A DNA stretch of 64,000 nucleotides from a virus (lineage: Duplodnaviria > Heunggongvirae > Uroviricota > Caudoviricetes): IMG/VR virus record IMGVR_UViG_3300000976_000008, positions 335,223-399,222 of that record. One strand, 5' to 3'. Below the pieces are notes generated by a model. That model was not told the origin of the DNA. It saw only the letters and a list, made by a program, of their open reading frames with translations, and ran no database searches. Position 1 is the stretch's first letter. Each line of letters opens with the position of its first letter. Positions 59,301 to 64,000 of this stretch are shown here, in pieces. The position numbers and the translations under genes were made by a program.

Positions 59301-59796
59301 CACCATCAATACCCTTATCACCTGCAACCCCAGTGCTCCCGCGATAATCTAATTGACCTCTTCTTTGAAGCTCTGCGACTAATTTGGGCACATCTAGATT
59401 AAAATCATACCCATAAGTATGTTGATGAATCTGGAAAGGATGTTCTTCTGAAATATGTTGACCGAATTCATCAACATTCTGAATAGAAACATCGCCATCT
59501 ACATTCACAAAGCTATCGGCACCAAATAAACCAATAGCACCAGCAGTAAAAGGAGCCACACAATCATTACCAACAATTGTCGACTGTGGTGGCGGAATAA
59601 CCAATCTATTGAGCTTCTTTAAATCAGATGAACGCATAGCCCCATCTGATCTATTATCAACTAAAGGCAAAACAAGATTGCCTGATGCTAATTTAACCCA
59701 AGATTTCAAACTCCCGTCATATTCAAACAACAAGCCTCTTCTAAGCTCAAAAATCTCACCATCTGCAGGGTTGGCTGGAAAAAGAGTTTCATTCAT
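56383..59796 (-). CDS. Virion protein with collagen-like repeat and two von Willebrand A domains (1137 aa)
   Basis: Gly-X-Y tract GVAGDKGIDGEPG..GPAGEQGEQGD; VWA1 DVVFVIDDTGSM...IIIVVTDQ; VWA2 LVVDNTESM...VIIVITDE; PPTE x3 and poly-G linkers. Confidence 0.88.
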   Translation of the reverse strand: MNETLFPANPADGEIFELRRGLLFEYDGSLKSWVKLASGNLVLPLVDNRSDGAMRSSDLKKLNRLVIPPPQSTIVGNDCVAPFTAGAIGLFGADSFVNVDGDVSIQNVDEFGQHISEEHPFQIHQHTYGYDFNLDVPKLVAELQRRGQLDYRGSTGVAGDKGIDGEPGVDDILAGPAGEQGEQGDAPECLLTLENEPIQVESRPDLNKALVEARVIPSPSAPNDDSKYAIEFDRQSVGSPDAVADQFIVRQQNSYWILAAANIAGAPQEIYYLDIEPLIAAVHSKYLNEVSRLKKGYEDIVAFWIQTMSDLFDEQKAALCCALECCLSRSKSTQLRQHMESVAAAALPDAQITINGPESGEASSIPSTTVLKDSTCYTPGFEEDPECGGGTFEPPTEPPTEPPTEPPVDCSRGMDVVFVIDDTGSMGRFLRVMVDQVNAYVDEIVRFSGGDYRLGLVTFKDDVTLRLGMSTSNRLQFIQESAKLSASGGGDNPEAHVEATEDTINGVAGAWRTDRANIIIVVTDQVPGAGDEEALRVAQSAAANGITISAIQTPFANNFVDAAEVSLRHYTNETGGIYVRSESENAETAISEALDVCGDGGGGGGGGGGEEETINCNPLALQLVVDNTESMNPFLELLVNQVNMYYNHILSISPTEYSIGIYGFGRFSAPEIVKRIHFYRAGEHLEDIKNLPDERSRVDIPFFPRHTVAVDTAIERLLPVFGNDPFENHRKVIIVITDEVPEYTDQLDNNKIKGTPEEVTAVANKAKDNNIIISSIHVPTLDNTFIPEAADSLKEYAETTGGKFVTASTNRALDVSPFAASDAIIEALGMCGTPFIFSASAAKATAQSTSEFSKYDPSYQAQLAVDPLINAGSAVNGASLNLPAGEFVAIITGTTASINGSYRANVRVQFTDNGQKKSATFLDKGEFYSLEDGRNAYEGLTLPFSHEGGVVSFYFPTMPLQRSSGEVQIDILKKSDKIERISTRKKKRTSTQPQRAINAVDDSACSMSTNHLRWYEQGWLSGNCCGFVMDIGGQDYIVIKRSIGSDTSCGGGESLGTPCIAKFSDSHGHPSFAWPTFDGVNFAPIPEVDSVSFKYDANLNSLVSQKLVNSEFTSPKGNPDGVRHLSYQIATVLFPLA

Positions 59797-61262
59797 TTCT
59801 TAACTTTCCACCGCCTATTGCCGACTTGCAAAGCATTTGCCTTGACGACTGTAAATTCTGGTGGATTACCACTACTGCCGCCGCCACCATCCGTAGTAGC
59901 ACCACCAGAAGTTTCCTCACTTCCCCCACCACCTCCCGGTGGAGGCACTGTGGGAGGCACTGTGGGAGGCACTGTCGGTGGCGTAGGTGGAGGAAAGACC
60001 GGACTACTTGGAGGCGGAGTCGGTGGAGGAGTAGGCGGTGGCACTGGTGGAGGAGGTGGCGGAACTGGTGGAGGTGCTGGAGGTGGAACAGGAGGTTCAG
60101 TACCTCCACCGCCGCCACATTCGTTAAATGTAATGCAATATTCAACAGCAGGCATATTAAATTCACATTGAGCTAATTGATCTGCCAAACTAGAAAGAAT
60201 AGATCTAGCATTGCCATCAATTTGCTCAATATACTCTTTTACCTGTTTCCCCCAATCAGCATCAATCTTCACTAATCTAGACTGAAATGCTTGAGCAATA
60301 TCTCCGATGAATTCATTTAGATCCATCGTCCCATTGAAACCAACTGGTTCATTATCTCTATCATTGGAGCCTTTTGGAAGTCTCAACAATTGCATATTAA
60401 CAGGTGTAGTATCACCTGGTGGTTGAGATAAAGTAAAATCGGCTAGTCTAGAAATATCGCAACCTGTTGCTGGATCTCCGCCATATACAACAGAACGTGT
60501 CAAAGAAGTAGTAATTATCTTTTCAGCTGGTTCATCTTCGGGAACTTTGATCTTAGCTTTAGTCACTACAAGTTTGCAGCCGTGCCCATTGTCATCTGTT
60601 AATTCCAGATCAACAATTGCTTCATCCGTAAATCCAGGAATATCTCTGTAGACAACTTCAGTTAATTCGCATAATTCCTCTATGCTATCTCCCTTATCAC
60701 CATCAACTCCTTTTGGACCATCTCCGAAACCATGATCACCTTGGTCACCTTGGTCACCATCATCTCCTTTTTTACCCTTAGGCCCCTTGATATCAACTAT
60801 CAAAGTGTCAAGGAATTTATTACTCAGTTTGAATGATAAGCCAGGAGATGATCCACTTGGGGATGCACATTCCAATTCTGGAGGATTCGCACATTCTAAT
60901 TTGGCACCATCGGGATCAACACAAGAGATATCAAGACTGTCACTCTTGAGTTGAATATCTCCTTGAATAACTCCATCAGGATTTGTTGGATTCTGAAGTA
61001 ATAATTTGGCATCAACTACTAAGCCAAAACCCCCGCCATTGGATGGGACTCTATCAATCATCCTCTTATGTGCCGAGGACATAAATCCTTTGATATTCGT
61101 GTCGGCTAAAGGAACTGTGTCTGCGGTACCAGCACGTTCCCAAACATCCAATTTTGAATTATAGCACCAACGTACAAATTCACTATCAACAAACACCTGC
61201 CCATCTGTAGGCGTTTGAGGTAGAAATGAAACTTTATCACTTGAAAGTATCGTCGATTCCAT
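59793..61262 (-). CDS. Virion protein with collagen-like repeat and proline-rich tail (paralogue of the 56383 ORF N-terminus)
   Basis: GPKGKKGDDGDQGDQGD..GPKGVDGDKGD; ~55-aa poly-Pro tract; shared N-terminal P..P.DG module. Confidence 0.82.
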   Translation of the reverse strand: MESTILSSDKVSFLPQTPTDGQVFVDSEFVRWCYNSKLDVWERAGTADTVPLADTNIKGFMSSAHKRMIDRVPSNGGGFGLVVDAKLLLQNPTNPDGVIQGDIQLKSDSLDISCVDPDGAKLECANPPELECASPSGSSPGLSFKLSNKFLDTLIVDIKGPKGKKGDDGDQGDQGDHGFGDGPKGVDGDKGDSIEELCELTEVVYRDIPGFTDEAIVDLELTDDNGHGCKLVVTKAKIKVPEDEPAEKIITTSLTRSVVYGGDPATGCDISRLADFTLSQPPGDTTPVNMQLLRLPKGSNDRDNEPVGFNGTMDLNEFIGDIAQAFQSRLVKIDADWGKQVKEYIEQIDGNARSILSSLADQLAQCEFNMPAVEYCITFNECGGGGGTEPPVPPPAPPPVPPPPPPVPPPTPPPTPPPSSPVFPPPTPPTVPPTVPPTVPPPGGGGGSEETSGGATTDGGGGSSGNPPEFTVVKANALQVGNRRWKVKK

Positions 61263-61301
61263 CGATATTATCTATTCGGACTAATAAACCGATACTATTT
61301 A

Positions 61302-61320
61302 TAGATTTGTCGCAAACCTA
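61302..61320. promoter_or_regulatory. Back-to-back CAAANNTA motifs for divergent genes 61262(-) and 61356(+)
   Basis: CAAATCTA on minus (61302-61309) and CAAACCTA on plus (61313-61320). Confidence 0.6.
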
Positions 61321-61355
61321 ACGTACATTCCTACCAACTATAATGAAGTTCTACC

Positions 61356-62837
61356 ATGTTGAAATCACTAAAAATCAAAGAGTCACATGAAGGATCTTTG
61401 TTGAAAAAGCAGAATGTGATTGGTACGGCAATTGGTGAAAAATGGAAAAATGGTGCAACCACCGGAAAAGAGGCTGTACTAGTTTTTGTAGAAGAGAAAA
61501 TGGCTAAAGAGAAAGTAGCCAAAAAATTCTCATCTTCAGATCTCGTCCCAAGTGACATCGAAGGAATTCCAACCGATGTGATCGAAGTTGGAGTAATAAA
61601 AAAGCACAACACCTCAAAAGTGAGACCAATTAGACCCGGTTTCAGCATCAGCCACAGAAAAATCACTGCTGGGACACTAGGAGGATTCTTCATCGATAAA
61701 GATGGAGATCCAGTATTACTCAGTAACAATCATGTCATAGCCAATGAAAATTCAGCAAGAGCTGGTGATATTATCTACCAACCAGGAACAATGGATGCAA
61801 GAGGCAGTCTAATGTTCAAAGGATGGTCAGAGCCAATAGAAAAATTGCCATATATTGCTATGTTGAAAAAATTCGTCAGAATCAAGAGGAATGGTAATAA
61901 TCAAGACTCCGCAATCGCCAAACTACATCCAAGTATTGTCAGATTAGTAAATGACACATACCCCACGATAAACCAAAAATTATCTGGATTCGGCATTGCA
62001 AGAATTGGAACACAAGTCCAAAAAGAAGGAAGAACCACTGGCCATACTACCGGTAGAGTGATTGGTACGAATGCAACATTCACAGTTGGCTATGATTTTG
62101 GACCAGCACAATTTAGAAATTGTGTAGTAACAACAGCAATCAGTAAAGGAGGAGATTCCGGTAGTATAATATTCGATATGAATATGAAGGCTGTAGGATT
62201 ATTATTCGCCGGTTCGCCAACAGTAACAATTGCGAATCCAATGAACGTAGTACAAAGCCATTATGGTCTTAGACCATGGTCTCCAGATTCAATAAGAGTC
62301 CCAGATCCAATAGCAATGTTTGGACTTAGCTGGGAGAAAATGAAATCAGCATCTTCTAAATTAGAAAAGGTAGATGATATAATTACTATGGAGTCCGGAG
62401 CCAATCAATACTGTTATTACGAATCCGCGTTGCAAAAACCAATAAAATCAGTATCATGCACTATTAATACTGGTTCAGATGTAGGGGCAACTTGGGGACC
62501 AGGATTAGTAGTTGGATGGCCCAATGGAATGCTGAAAGTCAACTTAAGGAAAGAGACTTTTGGTGGATATTATAACAGCAATTATAATATCAGTGTTGGT
62601 GAAACGAAACCAAACACAAATTATCCAGTCAGAATTCGGAGATCACGCACCACATGGGTTGGCGAAGTGATGGATTCCAACAAGTGGTACACAGTAATAG
62701 AGGTACCGCTGAGCACTTTTCCAAATAATCCAATTGTCGTTAGAGTTGGGAAAACAGCTCTACTCGGCGGTAACATCGATCACAATCCAATAGGTGATGT
62801 GGGAAGATGCACTATAAGCGATTTCAAGATTTCCTAA
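61356..62837 (+). CDS. Trypsin-like serine protease (Nal1-like S1) with C-terminal beta-sandwich domain
   Basis: N-terminal prodomain (VFVEEK...DLVP..IEGIPTDVIEVG), AGTLG, LSNNHV (His), DSAIA (Asp), GRTTG.T.G, GGDSGS (Ser), VGLLFAG. Confidence 0.9.
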   Translation: MLKSLKIKESHEGSLLKKQNVIGTAIGEKWKNGATTGKEAVLVFVEEKMAKEKVAKKFSSSDLVPSDIEGIPTDVIEVGVIKKHNTSKVRPIRPGFSISHRKITAGTLGGFFIDKDGDPVLLSNNHVIANENSARAGDIIYQPGTMDARGSLMFKGWSEPIEKLPYIAMLKKFVRIKRNGNNQDSAIAKLHPSIVRLVNDTYPTINQKLSGFGIARIGTQVQKEGRTTGHTTGRVIGTNATFTVGYDFGPAQFRNCVVTTAISKGGDSGSIIFDMNMKAVGLLFAGSPTVTIANPMNVVQSHYGLRPWSPDSIRVPDPIAMFGLSWEKMKSASSKLEKVDDIITMESGANQYCYYESALQKPIKSVSCTINTGSDVGATWGPGLVVGWPNGMLKVNLRKETFGGYYNSNYNISVGETKPNTNYPVRIRRSRTTWVGEVMDSNKWYTVIEVPLSTFPNNPIVVRVGKTALLGGNIDHNPIGDVGRCTISDFKIS

Positions 62838-63025
62838 TCAGAATTCTTGAGATTCTTAAGTTGATGGCCAATAGCAAGAATAGCAGTATTTTTCGTATCG
62901 GTTTCGAGAATTAACTCACCGATTTGAATTGCTAACAATTTGTCGACACGCAACAATAACCGCGTATCTAGTTCAAAGGCAGGCGGATCTTTCCGTGTGT
63001 CCTTCTTATCTTGAGGATTGTCCAT
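62834..63025 (-). CDS. Small hypothetical protein
   Basis: 63-aa ORF, AGGG RBS. Confidence 0.6.
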   Translation of the reverse strand: MDNPQDKKDTRKDPPAFELDTRLLLRVDKLLAIQIGELILETDTKNTAILAIGHQLKNLKNSD

Positions 63026-63131
63026 TGTTTCCCTACAAATCTATTTATTAAAACGATGGTCTAGTTTACACCATCATTGGTTTAAAAAAGATTTGCTGGT
63101 AAATCCCGCAGATACCCCGTTTTAACTAATT

Positions 63132-64000
63132 TTACGTTACGGGTTCAGGAATCCAAGACTCATCGATCCATTTATGAGTAACAAATTCCAATGGTTCTTG
63201 CCCAGGTCTACTCCTCAACTGAAGTATATGTGAGTTTTCCTCACCTATCACATCGAGCAAGTCATTTAAGTGAGGAGTAGGACCATGAGTCATACCATAT
63301 CCAGTATCACTCTCTATTCCTATTGCGTAAACAGTATCTGGTCTGTTTTCTCCTTCTGTTCGCGGCTCTCCATCTCTAGCCCAAGAAGCGAGATATGTCT
63401 TATTGATTGCATAGGCATATCCGGTGTTGCCAGCTCTCAATTCTGGTGGGACATGAACAGATTCATTATTACGAACATCATCCATTGCTGCATCAATAGC
63501 ATAGTATGCCGCTTTATTCCTTTCACTCATAGCCATCTCAACAGTTGCTTGAGCCATTGGGATACGACATTCTGGCATCCCTGTTCTCTCAGTAGCAAAA
63601 CAAGCAGCCATTGCTGTAGTCATCGCATATGGATTACCTGAGCAGTCCTCAAAGGCAGTAATCAACATACGCCTACAAATATATGCAGGATCTTCACCAG
63701 AGAGAATCCATTTCGCTAACCAATATATCGCACCATCAACATCTGAATTCTGTATCGCTTCTTGGTAGCAATGAGCTAAATCAAAGTGATCATTTCCTTT
63801 AGAATCGAATACTATATGCTTATCAGGAATAGCAACCTCTATATGCTCCCTAGATATAGTATCATCATCTATCAGAACTTTTATGCAAGTCTCCAGAACA
63901 GTAATTGCTTTTCGAGCGTCACCACTACAACGAGTTGCAAGCAATAGAGCAGCATCTTTACTTATAGTCAGATTTCTCCCATTCGCTTTATAATGAGATT
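63132..64000 (-). CDS. rarA: Replication-associated recombination protein A (RarA/MgsA AAA+ ATPase), C-terminal part; 5' end lies outside the window
   Basis: SGDARKA...LE, FDSKGNDHFDL.......IQNSDVDGAIYWLA..I.SGEDP.YI.RR....A.ED, GMPECRIP, VPPELR. Confidence 0.92.
   Translation of the reverse strand, partial: SHYKANGRNLTISKDAALLLATRCSGDARKAITVLETCIKVLIDDDTISREHIEVAIPDKHIVFDSKGNDHFDLAHCYQEAIQNSDVDGAIYWLAKWILSGEDPAYICRRMLITAFEDCSGNPYAMTTAMAACFATERTGMPECRIPMAQATVEMAMSERNKAAYYAIDAAMDDVRNNESVHVPPELRAGNTGYAYAINKTYLASWARDGEPRTEGENRPDTVYAIGIESDTGYGMTHGPTPHLNDLLDVIGEENSHILQLRSRPGQEPLEFVTHKWIDESWIPEPVT

Noticed and set aside
1-64000. Stop-codon reassignment, as seen in some jumbo phages
   Set aside because: Genes are full length in code 11, and TAA, TAG and TGA all end recognisable genes (e.g. 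NUDIX TAG, 17740 TGA, 18619 TAA)

Overview
This window looks like part of a large (jumbo, T4-like/myovirus-style) dsDNA bacteriophage genome read in the standard code 11. It is densely coding, with frequent strand switches. It holds several very large virion or tail-fibre genes (1358, ~2899, 955, 817, 1137, 552 and 489 aa) and many acidic proteins carrying T4-type prohead-protease (hydrophobic-x-E) motifs. It also encodes a T4 gp2-like DNA end protector, nucleotide and repair genes (NUDIX, HNH-dUTPase fusion, tmk, partial rarA/mgsA), a canonical sigma-70 factor, ClpS, a matrixin metalloprotease, a trypsin-like protease and a GT2 glycosyltransferase. Weak hints point to a Planctomycetota host. 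Best new observations: (1) a 639-aa ORF that reads as a heavily inserted, Zn-finger-containing sigma-70 factor, apparently late-expressed, co-transcribed with the DNA end protector and bearing head-protease motifs, so a candidate virion-packaged sigma factor; (2) a CAAANNTA motif upstream of about 14 transcription units, back-to-back in three divergent intergenic regions (candidate late promoter); (3) a stand-alone PilC/GspF N-terminal-domain mimic; (4) an output-less Cache-PAS membrane sensor among tail-fibre genes. All family calls come from motif recognition by eye; no searches were run.
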